A stretch of 64,000 nt of DNA. Origin: Candidatus Heimdallarchaeota archaeon. Lineage in GTDB: Archaea; Asgardarchaeota; Heimdallarchaeia; Heimdallarchaeales; Heimdallarchaeaceae. The notes beneath the pieces were generated by a model. That model ran no database searches. It was not told where the DNA came from and saw only the letters and a list, made by a program, of their open reading frames with translations. A program made the translations under genes and the position numbers. The stretch is taken from positions 301,494 through 365,493 of the forward strand of contig JAUVXV010000003.1 in NCBI GenBank assembly GCA_030603365.1. Direction: 5' to 3'. Positions 19,874-30,621 of the stretch are shown here, piece by piece; the first letter of the stretch is position 1; the number at the start of each line of letters is the position of its first letter.

Positions 19874-19928
19874 AGAGAAAATATTGTGATGAGTTATTTT
19901 CTCTTTGTTGTTTCAACAAAGTTGTTGA
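19874..19928. repeat. cluster of overlapping perfect inverted repeats
   Basis: AGAGAAAATA/TATTTTCTCT (19874-83/19895-904), CTTTGTTG/CAACAAAG (19903-21), TCAACAA/TTGTTGA (19913-28). Confidence 0.7.
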
Positions 19929-20044
19929 GTGACTTTTACTAGATAATTTGCTCGATTGTAGAGGTTTTTAATTTAATGACAAAGCTTACTTAAGGTTGAA
20001 TTGTAGTCAACTTTTATGCATTCAACACATAGAACTGTTGTCAT
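19913..20044 (-). pseudogene. tnpB: truncated N-terminal remnant of IS200/IS605-type TnpB
   Basis: Reads MTTVLCVECIKVDYNSTLSKLCH*IKNLYNRANYLVK. The LC..(S)KNLYN.ANY pattern is the typical TnpB N-terminus. Internal TAA at 19973-75; rest of gene absent. Confidence 0.6.
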
Positions 20045-20180
20045 CTCTTATTAACCGTAAATGATTCTAAAACTCCCTGTACTGTCCTTTTTAGAAGTTT
20101 CCTCAATCCGCTTTTTGAACCTTGATGACATGGGGACAAAAGATTTTATAAACACTTATGGGATTTACAAGTTGTTCATC

Positions 20181-21884
20181 ATGAAAACTTCAGATTCGGC
20201 AAGAGAAACTTTAATCAGTCAGAGGAAAAGATTTGATGCTTTGGGAGCTGCCCTTAGGCGGGCTTCAAGCATGAGTTCATGGTTTAAAGTTATGTTCGCA
20301 ACTACGCTCATATTTGGATTACCAACTCTTATATTGTTATCTAATCCTCTTAAAGATGGTACAACTTTTGGGATTCAGCTACTCATTTATGGTTTTCGGA
20401 TATTTATGATTGCACTTGCTTTTTATCTACTAGCAAGAATAACACCCCAGTTATATGCCGCTAAAAACGACCTAAACATTAAGTTAGAAGAAGTTGGATA
20501 TCAAGAAGCTGGTACCAACTCAGTAGCAGAAAAGAACTTGGTTGTTCGTAACATATTCTTCAGCATTCTTAAGATTCTTGTATTTATTTCCTCAGGTTTT
20601 GGATTGTTTCTAGTAAGTTCTAGAATAAATTATGGATATATAATAGGACTCCAAATTATCTATTTATCAGTTCTATTTATTTTAATAGTAACAATGAAAT
20701 TCTGGATATCAAGAAAACCTGATTACTCTCCAAGAATGGGTGGTAGGTTACTAGTACTTGCTTTCATTCCTGGATCGTTTTTCTGGGGTTTTGAAGTAAT
20801 AATAGGTTTCTTCAGTACAATTAGCAATCCAACATTTAGATATAATTATATACAAACATCATTTGGTTTTGTCTATCCTTTCGTGTTTCTTTTCTTATTG
20901 ATAGCTATATTTATAACTACAAAGAAAACAAAAAGAGAGAAGACTGCACTTCAGAAGGCTAGAGAAGCAGAATTCACTAGAAAATCTGGCTTTATTGATG
21001 AAAAAAGTGTTTTTTCAAGAATAAAATATAGATACCAAATTTGGTGGAATAAAGTAACCCAAACTCTTTCTATAAAGATAAAGAAGGATGATATAGATTC
21101 CAAGCCAAGTTTACTTCTAGTAAATAGCATCTGGATAACTTTAATTGTATCAGTACTTGGCTTTGCTTTCTTTGTTCCATGGAATATATTTCCACATGAT
21201 GCAACTTTCTTTGCCGCAGTTCTTATAATCTCTTATCAATATTCAATGATAAAATATGAAAGAGAAGAGATTGATGTACTTTCTGATCCTAAAAAGAACG
21301 AAGATATAACACCACCTTCAATTAGAACTAAAGAATTGCCTTCCATAACCCTAAGATTGATTCTTCTACCTACAATTATATTCGTTATAGCTCAATACGT
21401 CATGAATGGTATACTTACAGATGGGATTCTTAGCGCTGACAACCGAATGCTCATTCTAACATTTACTTGGATTGCTGCGTTAATAGTCGTTCCAATTGCA
21501 ATTCAATTGGTATATCTTATTTCAAGAGATTTGAAGAGCGAACGTGAATTTAAGAATTTTAAAATGTACTTCACAAGTCTTATTTACATATTAATTTTCC
21601 AACTAGTTCTCTTCACAGCATCAGTTGTTTCACTTTTCGTAGCTTTACAATTTGATTTTCAATTAATTGATCCAATGGCATTAGTTCTTCAAGCTATATT
21701 CGTTGTAACTATTGTTGTTCTTCCCATAGTATATCTGTTGATTGCTATGAAAGTTGATGATGCAGGATATAAAATTCTACGAATTTGTACATGGGTTTTA
21801 GTTGGAATAATTGGTGTGGTAATTATTGAAGAATTCTTGCACTTTGTTTTACATGGGTATTTTAAAGTTCCATGGCCCTGGTAA
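20181..21884 (+). CDS. polytopic membrane protein of unknown function
   Basis: About 12-13 hydrophobic segments with charged loops. ATG 20181 lies downstream of TTTATAAA. Confidence 0.8.
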   Translation: MKTSDSARETLISQRKRFDALGAALRRASSMSSWFKVMFATTLIFGLPTLILLSNPLKDGTTFGIQLLIYGFRIFMIALAFYLLARITPQLYAAKNDLNIKLEEVGYQEAGTNSVAEKNLVVRNIFFSILKILVFISSGFGLFLVSSRINYGYIIGLQIIYLSVLFILIVTMKFWISRKPDYSPRMGGRLLVLAFIPGSFFWGFEVIIGFFSTISNPTFRYNYIQTSFGFVYPFVFLFLLIAIFITTKKTKREKTALQKAREAEFTRKSGFIDEKSVFSRIKYRYQIWWNKVTQTLSIKIKKDDIDSKPSLLLVNSIWITLIVSVLGFAFFVPWNIFPHDATFFAAVLIISYQYSMIKYEREEIDVLSDPKKNEDITPPSIRTKELPSITLRLILLPTIIFVIAQYVMNGILTDGILSADNRMLILTFTWIAALIVVPIAIQLVYLISRDLKSEREFKNFKMYFTSLIYILIFQLVLFTASVVSLFVALQFDFQLIDPMALVLQAIFVVTIVVLPIVYLLIAMKVDDAGYKILRICTWVLVGIIGVVIIEEFLHFVLHGYFKVPWPW

Positions 21885-21906
21885 GTTTTTACCATTTCTT
21901 TTCTTT

Positions 21907-22881
21907 TTATTTTGTTAAATCAACAAAATTACTTTGTCTTTTCTCAGGATTTTTCATATGTGAATTTGCATAGAAATGAAATATTCCATCTTTGTTTGTA
22001 AAAGCTCTACAAAAGCCCCTATTATCCATTGAAAGAATGTGTAAAACTCCTTTTTCATTAATCTTCTTTAGATCTGAAATACCCATTTTAGTAGATTCTT
22101 CAAGAGACAAATTTCTCTCATATCTATCAACAACTAATCTTGCCGTTGATAGTCTTATTGCTAATTCTCCTGTACCAGTACAGGCTGCACCAGCTACTTC
22201 TGAACAGTAAATACCTGCTCCAAAAATTGGTGAATCACCAACTCTGCCAGGAAATTTCATGGCTAATCCTGAAGTTGAAACCCCTACTGCTAGATTTCCT
22301 TCTCTGTCTAAAGCAATTACATTAGTAGTCCCATGTTTATCAAAACTCAGTTTCCTATACCATTCTCGAACAGAGTATTTTTCCATGACATCCTTTAGAT
22401 GATCGTCAAATTTCATGAAAAGCTCTCTCACTAAAGTTTGTGCCTCTTGAGGCATCTCTAAGCTTTTACCTTCCATGACCTTATAATAATTTCGCATACC
22501 AAGCTCATCAATTATTTCCTCTTCAACAAACCCCAAGGCTCTAGCGAATTTTTCTGCTCCTTCACCAACAAGCATAACATGAGGAGAAAGTTCCATAACT
22601 TTTCGAGCAATACTGATGGGATGTCGAAAGTTTCTAACAGCTGCAATTGAGCCAGCTTGTCTCGTTTTACCGTCCATAATAGAAGCATCAAGCTCAACTA
22701 TACCTTGAAGATTAGGAAACCCATTGAATCCGACAGTTATGTCATATGGATTATTTTCAATAAGCTTAATACTTTCTTCAACAGCATCGAGAGCACTACC
22801 ACCTTCACTAAGAATCTTTGAGCCAGTAGGTAATCCAACATTGGCATTACGTGTTCCACAGATTGCATAATCCAAAGTCAT
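21907..22881 (-). CDS. isoaspartyl peptidase / glycosylasparaginase (type 2 asparaginase, Ntn hydrolase)
   Basis: VELDASIMDG, HVMLVGEGA, HG|TTNVIALD autocleavage site, STSG, GRVGDSPIFGAG, TGTGE. Confidence 0.92.
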   Translation of the reverse strand: MTLDYAICGTRNANVGLPTGSKILSEGGSALDAVEESIKLIENNPYDITVGFNGFPNLQGIVELDASIMDGKTRQAGSIAAVRNFRHPISIARKVMELSPHVMLVGEGAEKFARALGFVEEEIIDELGMRNYYKVMEGKSLEMPQEAQTLVRELFMKFDDHLKDVMEKYSVREWYRKLSFDKHGTTNVIALDREGNLAVGVSTSGLAMKFPGRVGDSPIFGAGIYCSEVAGAACTGTGELAIRLSTARLVVDRYERNLSLEESTKMGISDLKKINEKGVLHILSMDNRGFCRAFTNKDGIFHFYANSHMKNPEKRQSNFVDLTK

Positions 22882-22968
22882 TAGGTAAGAAGAGAACAAG
22901 AGTATAAAAAATATGCTCCCGGAAGATATTAGAAAAATAGCTTTAAGAATACATCTGATAAAACTATC

Positions 22969-23751
22969 ATGATGTCAGAATTGATGGTGGAATCTAATCA
23001 GCTAACAAAATATTTCAATTCACTATTGGCTGTAGACAAAATAAACTTAGAGATACCAAAAGGTAAAATTTATGCGCTGTTAGGACCTAATGGGGCTGGT
23101 AAAACAACTACAATTCGAATGTTGTTGGGTCTTCTAAAACCTTCATCGGGAAGTGTGATGGTAAATGGAAAAAGTGTTTCTGATGATCCTAAATCAATCA
23201 GAGGAGAAATAGGTATTCTTCCTCAGTTTTCAGCAGCTTATTATGATCTGACTCCTATGCAGAATATTCATTTCATTCTCGAATTGAATAATATATCTTA
23301 TGACGACGTGAGTGCTTCTTTAGCAGAATATTTTCGAACTCTAGATATTTCCTATGAATTACTTAACAAACCATTTTCCAAATTATCTGGAGGTGAGCAA
23401 AGATCTATTAGTTTTATAATGGCAGCTATTACAAATAAAGAATTTCTGATACTTGATGAACCTACCTCAGGATTAGATATTGCTCGAGCTAAATACATTC
23501 GTTCTATCATTAAGTACCTTGTTGAACAACAAGGAAAAACTATCCTGTTGTCATCACACATTGTATCTGATTTAGAAGAGTTAGCTGATTATTGTGGAAT
23601 CTTAAAAAAAGGAAAGCTGATTTTTCAAGGTAGAAAAGAGGAAATTATTGAGCTTTATGCTCCAGATACACAAGATTTTGAAGATGCTATTGTAAATGCA
23701 TTTGGAGTCAAAACTACTAATTCTCAGACTTTTATGGGGGGAAACAAATGA
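22969..23751 (+). CDS. ABC transporter ATP-binding protein
   Basis: GPNGAGKTT, LSGGE, ILDEPTSGLD, SSH. Confidence 0.95.
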   Translation: MMSELMVESNQLTKYFNSLLAVDKINLEIPKGKIYALLGPNGAGKTTTIRMLLGLLKPSSGSVMVNGKSVSDDPKSIRGEIGILPQFSAAYYDLTPMQNIHFILELNNISYDDVSASLAEYFRTLDISYELLNKPFSKLSGGEQRSISFIMAAITNKEFLILDEPTSGLDIARAKYIRSIIKYLVEQQGKTILLSSHIVSDLEELADYCGILKKGKLIFQGRKEEIIELYAPDTQDFEDAIVNAFGVKTTNSQTFMGGNK

Positions 23752-24953
23752 GTAAAGAAGAGAAAAGACCCAAACAACTAAAAGCACTATTGAAAAAAGA
23801 TTTGAAACTTCTTTTACGTAAGAGAGTAGCTATTTTTGTTTTTGGTGGTCCATTCATTCTTATGTTTCTTCTAATTGGTCTTCCTTCACTCTTCAGTTCT
23901 CAACAAACTATGGTTTTGTTAATTTATAGTGATGATAGCGATTACAATGGTATAAACATCGGTGCATCAGTTTTAGATAATATCACATATTATTTCTCGT
24001 TTGATCCAAGCATAGAAGTAGTCCAAAATGTTACTAGTTTTTCAGAGGTTAAAGCGACAGATAATTTTGGCGTATACCTGCCGTCTAACTTCTCATTACT
24101 AACGTTTACTGGATCTCCAATCTACTTTACTGTAGATGCTACTCAATCATTGTTTTCTGAGAGTATATTTAATACAATTCATGCAATTACTCAAAATGTA
24201 ATTGCTACAGTTTTAGCAAATAGGACCCTTCCAGTTATTCAAACAATTGAAGAACCTCCAACTTCATTACCTGAAGAACAATTATTGGGACCTAAAGCAG
24301 CAGCGGTTGCCATGCCTTTAAGCTATATGATATTTCTTCTAATAGCTTTAAATTCAGGTTCTTATTCAAATATAGGTTTTGCTAGAGAAAAAAGAATGCG
24401 AACTATGGAGATTTTATTATCTTACACCAAGAAGCACAGTCATTTAGTTATTTCAAAAACAATTACTTCTTTAGTAGCTTCTCTCGGTTCAACTCTATCC
24501 TATATTCTCGGAATAATCGCAGCCACTAGCCTAACAGGAGCAGGAACAGAAGGTATTTTCGAAATCTTTGGTTTGAATATGCAACTTCTCAATGCTGGAG
24601 ATATAATTATTATTTTTATCTTTGCAGTTACTGCACTATTGATATCTACTCTGATAACGATGGCAATAGATTGCAATATAACACGAGAAGCATCTGAGAG
24701 GTTAAGTCCATTACTATCTATTGGCCTTGCAATGTTTTTCTACTTTGTAGCTTTATCTAATCCATTGAGTGCATCTACAACCCTCGTGATAAACCCCTTC
24801 TACTGGTGTTACAGGCTAGCATTGTTATTGATATCTGGAAAGTTCAGTATTGAGATAATTATTTATCTTAGTCTTATCATTGGTTTAGGAGGACTACTGA
24901 TTTTCTTTGCTACTCGAGGAATTCAAAAAGAGAAAAGTTTGTATCTAGAATAA
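23748..24953 (+). CDS. ABC-2 type permease
   Basis: N-terminal TM, extracellular loop, REK..RTMEILLS, several C-terminal TMs. ATGA overlap with the ATPase. Confidence 0.9.
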   Translation: MSKEEKRPKQLKALLKKDLKLLLRKRVAIFVFGGPFILMFLLIGLPSLFSSQQTMVLLIYSDDSDYNGINIGASVLDNITYYFSFDPSIEVVQNVTSFSEVKATDNFGVYLPSNFSLLTFTGSPIYFTVDATQSLFSESIFNTIHAITQNVIATVLANRTLPVIQTIEEPPTSLPEEQLLGPKAAAVAMPLSYMIFLLIALNSGSYSNIGFAREKRMRTMEILLSYTKKHSHLVISKTITSLVASLGSTLSYILGIIAATSLTGAGTEGIFEIFGLNMQLLNAGDIIIIFIFAVTALLISTLITMAIDCNITREASERLSPLLSIGLAMFFYFVALSNPLSASTTLVINPFYWCYRLALLLISGKFSIEIIIYLSLIIGLGGLLIFFATRGIQKEKSLYLE

Positions 24954-25003
24954 ACTTTTCTTCCTTTTTTTACTATGAAAGTAATTGTGGAACCCCTTAA
25001 TAT

Positions 25004-25496
25004 TTAGCTTTTAACTATTGCAGTTTCTATTCCTTTCCAGATGAAAAATATGATTACATCTACTGTAAAAGCAAAAATAAAACCTAAAAATGAAAACAAA
25101 ATAATCCATAAATTTTACTTTTTTAGCACCTTCAATTCTTCTATTGATTTTATTGTATTTTGAGGAACTTTAGATTTTTTCTTGAATCTCATACCATTTA
25201 CTACAGTTGCTACAGCAGTTAATACATTAATTATCATGATGAATATATCAACAGGTCTTATTGGACCAATAATTGATGTACATAGTCCATAAATTGCAGA
25301 AGCTGCAAAAAAAGGAGTTCCTACTAAATAAGGAATTTTATTTTTATTACTAAATTTCTTCCAGTAGGAAATTACGTCATTTTGACATCGGGGACACTTG
25401 TAATCTCTTTGTAACGACTTCTCATTTACAAAATTTAAGAAATAAACGTTTTTTTTCACATTTAGGACAAAAATGAGTTCTTTGGAGAAATTTCAT
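25004..25496 (-). pseudogene. disrupted zinc-ribbon membrane protein
   Basis: ATG 25496 MKFLQRTHFCPKCE, then one extra A in an A8 run (25449-56), CPRC and 2 TMs, in-frame TAA 25115-17, then 36 further codons encoding another TM. Confidence 0.7.
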
Positions 25497-25546
25497 TGAA
25501 CCAATTTTAATAAGATTATTTTAACTGTTTCTACTATTGAAAGATG

Positions 25547-26824
25547 CTATTGTTTTCGCTTCTTTAAGGCATATATCAATATAGGAATTGAAGCTAGTAT
25601 TCGTACAATTGTGATTCCTATCAGAAATATTCGAAGAACTATATAGAATTCATTGTCTGAATAAACATACCCATCTGTGAAAAATTCGAATATGACCCCA
25701 CAAAGAAATGAACCACAAAAAGTTGCAATTCCCAGCATCAAATTGAAAGCTCCTGAATATGCACCTTTTGCTTCAGGACCTGCTAGATCCAAGATTTCAG
25801 CACTTATAGAAACCATGATTGCTCCATTTCCTAATCCTCCAAAGATATTTGCAATTATTACTAGGTACCATTCTGTACTAAATACAAGAACGAGTGGTAC
25901 CATACACAGTGAAATAATTCCCACAAACATGGTCATCCTTCTTCCAATCTTATCAGCAATTTTTCTTATAGATATCTGACTTAGGGCCATGGACGCAGAG
26001 AAAACTGCTGACAGAATTGCTATCTGTGCATTGGTGGGGTCTATTATTTTTAGCACATAAGGAAATAAGGGCCAAAGAAAACTCATAACAAACCACCAAG
26101 CTAGAGTAACAGTAATAAGAACGGCAAATGGCTTGTCTTTAGTTATTTCTCTTATTGATTTCAATTTATTCTTCTTTTTTAAAAGATTAGTTTCAGTTAA
26201 TGTAACTACAACAATAGCTGCAAATGCAAAAATAAATGAACCACAGAAAATCATGAACCGATAATTATAATCGGTCAGTTTATCTGAAAAAATAAGAAAA
26301 TTTTCAGGAAAAGGTAAATAATCTGTTAGAAAACCTAAAACTAATAGGATTACTGAAGCTGAGATTGTTCCTACCATTCCTAATTGTCCTATTACCTTAA
26401 CTCTAGTCTTCTTCGTAGAAATATCCCCCAACAGAGCATTCCAACTAGGAATGACCATGCTAATTCCTAATGAGTATAAAGCAATAATGATCATGAAAAC
26501 TATTGTTGAGGAATTGAAAGCTAAAAATGCTGTTGTTATTGTAGCAATGATAAAACCCAGAATTAGAACAATTTTCCTTCCTAGCCTATCCGATAATCGA
26601 CCAAAAAAACCTTGAAATAGATTTGTTCCTAGATTTTGAATACCTGTTATAATGGATATCTGTATAGGTGTAGCACTCATACCAACAGCAACTAAATTCG
26701 CATAGTTGAAGTAAAACTCCTGACCTGCACTGTTAGCTGCAGATATGATCATAGCTTTGATTTTTTCTTTTCTGGATATAGCATTGGTGGGGTGCTGTTC
26801 AACTTCAGTTTTCAAAACAACCAC
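25547..26824 (-). CDS. MFS transporter
   Basis: GRLSDRLGRK and IADKIGRR motif A copies, ~12 TMs. Confidence 0.93.
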   Translation of the reverse strand: MVVLKTEVEQHPTNAISRKEKIKAMIISAANSAGQEFYFNYANLVAVGMSATPIQISIITGIQNLGTNLFQGFFGRLSDRLGRKIVLILGFIIATITTAFLAFNSSTIVFMIIIALYSLGISMVIPSWNALLGDISTKKTRVKVIGQLGMVGTISASVILLVLGFLTDYLPFPENFLIFSDKLTDYNYRFMIFCGSFIFAFAAIVVVTLTETNLLKKKNKLKSIREITKDKPFAVLITVTLAWWFVMSFLWPLFPYVLKIIDPTNAQIAILSAVFSASMALSQISIRKIADKIGRRMTMFVGIISLCMVPLVLVFSTEWYLVIIANIFGGLGNGAIMVSISAEILDLAGPEAKGAYSGAFNLMLGIATFCGSFLCGVIFEFFTDGYVYSDNEFYIVLRIFLIGITIVRILASIPILIYALKKRKQ

Positions 26825-27005
26825 TCTTGCAGTGAATTGTCTTTTAAAAAATATTCTTATACTACTCCAATTGGAATGTTTTGATGATTGTTAAAAGCTT
26901 CAATAATAAACTGTTTTTATCTTTAAAACACAGTGCTTACAGAAACTTTAAAAATGTCCATTCGTCACGATTGAATAAATTAAGACTAACTTCGAGGTTA
27001 ATTAG

Positions 27006-29720
27006 ATGAAGGTTTCTAAGAAAAATTTTTCTCTGTTCACAGTTACATTTGTTTTAGGTCTACTACTTGGTACAACAATAGTGAATGCAATTGGGGTAAA
27101 CACTGATCCATTACCTCAAAATGGTTTCCAATGGGATATAACAGACCTACAAACAATTGATAGTACTGACTATTATTTAAATGAAAATATAAATATTGAA
27201 ACTGGTGGAGAATTAAGAATTCTAAATTCGAATTTTTACATTAATGCAAGTGGTTTAAGGATAGATGTTCAACAAGGTGGTATTTTGTATGTTGACAATA
27301 GTAATATCACTGTATCAAATCTTGCATATACTTATACAATAAGTTCATTTGCTAATATAGATCTCCTAAGTAGTGGTTCAAATTATACATTTATTGATAG
27401 CAAAGTTGAAAATGTAAAAATTTCAATTTCTCAGTACCAATTAAAATTCTGTGAGTTTATCTCAACAAGAACAACTTTTGATAATTTTGATATTTTTCTG
27501 CTTCAAAATATAAGATATGTCAATCTTCAAGATAGCACTTTCTTCAATAGTACTGAGGGTGTTGAGCTTGTTAACATTGAAAGCATAACAGTCTTTCAAA
27601 ATACTTTTCAACTGTTGGATTTTGGACTCGATATCGATGATTCGGCTGGAGGGGCTGTAGAATATAACAATTTCTTGAATATTACTACAACTGGTTTAAT
27701 CGTTGACGATTTCTCACGAACAAATGTTGCAGGTTTACCACGAGTGGATATAGCATGGAATACTTTTGAAAACATAACAACTGGAGCTAAACTAGAAGAT
27801 TCTAGAATGCATTTCGTTAATAATGACTTAATGAATTTACAAACAGGTTTAGTTCTAGATAATTCCGATTTCGGAATCTATGAATTCAATAATTTTACTG
27901 CTATCACAGAGTTTTGTATCACAGCAGTAGATACCAGAGCAACTTTTGTAAGAAATAACTATTTTGCTGACAGTCCTATAGCATTAGACTTACTTATCTC
28001 TCCTGTTATAATTTATGGAAATCAATTTAAGAACTTAACAACCGGTGTGTTAGCATACGATTCAGATGGCCTTAAATTATATGAAAATGAGTTTAATGAC
28101 ATCTCTTATTATGCTGCAGAAATTGATGAAACAAGAGACGTACAGGCTTATTTAAATATAATTTCAAACTCCTTAGGAGGAATTAGTCTTACCAATGGTA
28201 GAAGTTGCTTGATTCAAGAAAATAATCTTGATAATGTACAAGATGGTATATCTGTCGTTTATGGTAAAGATATTAGTGTTCTTGGTAATACAGTAAATAA
28301 CACAATCAGTGGTTATTATATAGAATCTACAAATGATATTATTCTTACAGCAAATGGAGCAATAAATGCAGAGTATGGTATATCCTTGTGGTCTGTTTCT
28401 GATGCAGTTCTTGCAAGCAATGGTGTATTTGATTCTGTCTATGGAATAAGTATCTGGTTCTCTGATTACATTGAAATGTCAGGAAATGAGGTAAGTACCT
28501 CAGACATTGGAATAGTTGGAAGAAATACATATGGTTTAACCATCAAAGATGGATCTTACACTGAATTGACAAAAGGTATACAACTATTGGGATGTTATGC
28601 ATCAAGAATTTTTGGGAATACCTTTGACATTATTATTGAGGATGCTATTACATTAAGTGATAGTACCAATTTCCTTGTTTACAATAATAACTTCCTAACT
28701 GTAGGTAACTATGGAAACATAGACAATAGTTTTGGAACATTCTACAAACAAATAGATAATGAAACCTTTATAGGTAATTTCTATGAAGGGGGAGATGGTT
28801 CTCCTGTTCTTATTGATGAATTTATCGTGAGCAGTGTTACATTTAATATAACAGATTATTATCCTTTGGCAACAAAATATAATGTCATACCTTCTGTTGA
28901 ATATCTCACAAGAGATATACTAGAACCTACTGATTTGGAATCCGTTGTTATTACAACTCAGATATTCATTCCTGAAGATACTGAAGATGTCGTGATTTTT
29001 CTACTATATAATCTGATTAATGAAACAACCTGGAGAATGGTAGACATTACTTCTTCTGAAACTCCGATTGGTTCAATTGGTGCTATCAACCAATATCAAG
29101 TAATTTTAGCGCCTTTACCATATGACTATGTTGTAACATATAGAATCATGGTTAATTACACAATTGATCTTGTAGAACAATCAGCCTATTCTGAAAATGG
29201 AACATATACTGTTCAAGTTTCAGAAGAAACTCCTATAATTATTAACAAACCAGAAGTAAAAGTGGAAACTTACTCAGAAGCTGATGATAAAGACATTACT
29301 GTAATTACTAATTCTTTCTACGAAGATACTGAATACTATATATTTGTTAAAATTACAAATAGAACAGATATTCAAATTCTAGCAGGAAAGAGGCACGTAA
29401 ACCTTTCATGGTATGAAATAGATCCAACCACAAACGAAACACAATTCTTTACAGGAATTATGGATTACAATTCAACTACCTATGATTATTATGCAGTCTT
29501 TGGTAGAGGTTATGCTATTGGAATGATACTTGAATACTATATTACAGTTGTGGATTCAAACGGAACTTTCTACAGAACAGTACTCAATTATACTATAATT
29601 ATAGAACCTCCTGTAATACCGACGGGATTTGATACGATTACGCTTTTAACGTTAGGTGGAACACTTTTAGTTATCCAGGTAATTGTTGTGTATCGAAGAA
29701 GAAAATCAAAAGAGGAATAG
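27006..29720 (+). CDS. large surface protein with right-handed parallel beta-helix (NosD/CASH-like) repeats and C-terminal TM anchor
   Basis: Signal peptide, ~22-aa repeats (GI.l....n..i..N.f), Ig-like C-terminal part, PTGF-TM-RRRK. Confidence 0.85.
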   Translation: MKVSKKNFSLFTVTFVLGLLLGTTIVNAIGVNTDPLPQNGFQWDITDLQTIDSTDYYLNENINIETGGELRILNSNFYINASGLRIDVQQGGILYVDNSNITVSNLAYTYTISSFANIDLLSSGSNYTFIDSKVENVKISISQYQLKFCEFISTRTTFDNFDIFLLQNIRYVNLQDSTFFNSTEGVELVNIESITVFQNTFQLLDFGLDIDDSAGGAVEYNNFLNITTTGLIVDDFSRTNVAGLPRVDIAWNTFENITTGAKLEDSRMHFVNNDLMNLQTGLVLDNSDFGIYEFNNFTAITEFCITAVDTRATFVRNNYFADSPIALDLLISPVIIYGNQFKNLTTGVLAYDSDGLKLYENEFNDISYYAAEIDETRDVQAYLNIISNSLGGISLTNGRSCLIQENNLDNVQDGISVVYGKDISVLGNTVNNTISGYYIESTNDIILTANGAINAEYGISLWSVSDAVLASNGVFDSVYGISIWFSDYIEMSGNEVSTSDIGIVGRNTYGLTIKDGSYTELTKGIQLLGCYASRIFGNTFDIIIEDAITLSDSTNFLVYNNNFLTVGNYGNIDNSFGTFYKQIDNETFIGNFYEGGDGSPVLIDEFIVSSVTFNITDYYPLATKYNVIPSVEYLTRDILEPTDLESVVITTQIFIPEDTEDVVIFLLYNLINETTWRMVDITSSETPIGSIGAINQYQVILAPLPYDYVVTYRIMVNYTIDLVEQSAYSENGTYTVQVSEETPIIINKPEVKVETYSEADDKDITVITNSFYEDTEYYIFVKITNRTDIQILAGKRHVNLSWYEIDPTTNETQFFTGIMDYNSTTYDYYAVFGRGYAIGMILEYYITVVDSNGTFYRTVLNYTIIIEPPVIPTGFDTITLLTLGGTLLVIQVIVVYRRRKSKEE

Positions 29721-29752
29721 TTTTTTCCTTTTTATTCTTTCATTTTTTTATT
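29721..29752 (+). terminator. oligo-T terminator
   Basis: ttttttcctttttattcttttcattttttt after the stop. Confidence 0.6.
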
Positions 29753-29836
29753 CTAGTTTGTTTGCTTCAAAATTACATTGGTTTTGCTTGCATAGTAAGA
29801 TAAATAAACATATATTGATGAGTTGAAGTGAGATTT

Positions 29837-30565
29837 ATGCACGGTTTACCAGAAGGAAAAAGGAAAGTTTTCAATAAAGAGGATTTTATACAACAATTTA
29901 TCCTTGGAGCAATTATAATCGCATGTGTTGTATTTGCATTTGTCCTTGATATTAAATTACTTAAAGTTCTATCAATTATAGCAATTTCAATTGTTGGTGT
30001 AGTTATCATTACTTACTATACAATCGAGTTAATGACTGGAACTGGATATGTTATCGCAAGTGCAATTAATGAGTTTATTTACCTTGTTCTGGGTCTTCCA
30101 ATCCTAGTGGTAGCCGCAGGATTTCTACCTGCAAGTTTGTTCATAGCTTTCTTTAAACCCTCTGGAGAATTTGTTGCCTTAACTATATATGTAATTCTAG
30201 GAGCTTTGGAATTTTTTGCAATACTCTTCCTTATCACTAGATATTTACGTGATAAAAAAATGAATCTCTTCCAATATATCAGATATTTATTTGATTTTGA
30301 AAGAAGAAAAGAAGAAAACAGAAGATTTCGCGAACGAAATGAACAAATAGATGGATTCTACTCTGACTTGCAAAAAGTTGAAGCTAGGATTGCTGAAAAA
30401 ATTCAGGAGAAGGCAACAGGATTTGATGAATTTGACTGGAAGGAAAGAGTGCAGCAAATTTCTGGGACAAAAAAGAAAGAAGTAAAATGCTGGAATTGCA
30501 GTAGAATGAACGATGAAGATGCTATCTTCTGTACAAATTGTAGTGCTCCTTTAAAAAGAGAGTAA
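29837..30565 (+). CDS. membrane protein with C-terminal zinc ribbon
   Basis: 4 TMs, coiled coil, CWNC-x10-CTNC. Confidence 0.8.
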   Translation: MHGLPEGKRKVFNKEDFIQQFILGAIIIACVVFAFVLDIKLLKVLSIIAISIVGVVIITYYTIELMTGTGYVIASAINEFIYLVLGLPILVVAAGFLPASLFIAFFKPSGEFVALTIYVILGALEFFAILFLITRYLRDKKMNLFQYIRYLFDFERRKEENRRFRERNEQIDGFYSDLQKVEARIAEKIQEKATGFDEFDWKERVQQISGTKKKEVKCWNCSRMNDEDAIFCTNCSAPLKRE

Positions 30566-30621
30566 AGTTAAGTTTATTCTCTTTTTTGTAACTACTCACT
30601 CACAACATATGGTTGTATCAA

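Noticed and set aside
19856-19893. C/D box sRNA (ATGATG and GTGATGA)
   Set aside because: No properly placed CTGA D boxes
20094-20104. RNase P RNA (GAGGAAACTTC on the minus strand)
   Set aside because: No matching 3' P4 strand or GC-rich helices; the region is better explained by the short ORF and TnpB remnant
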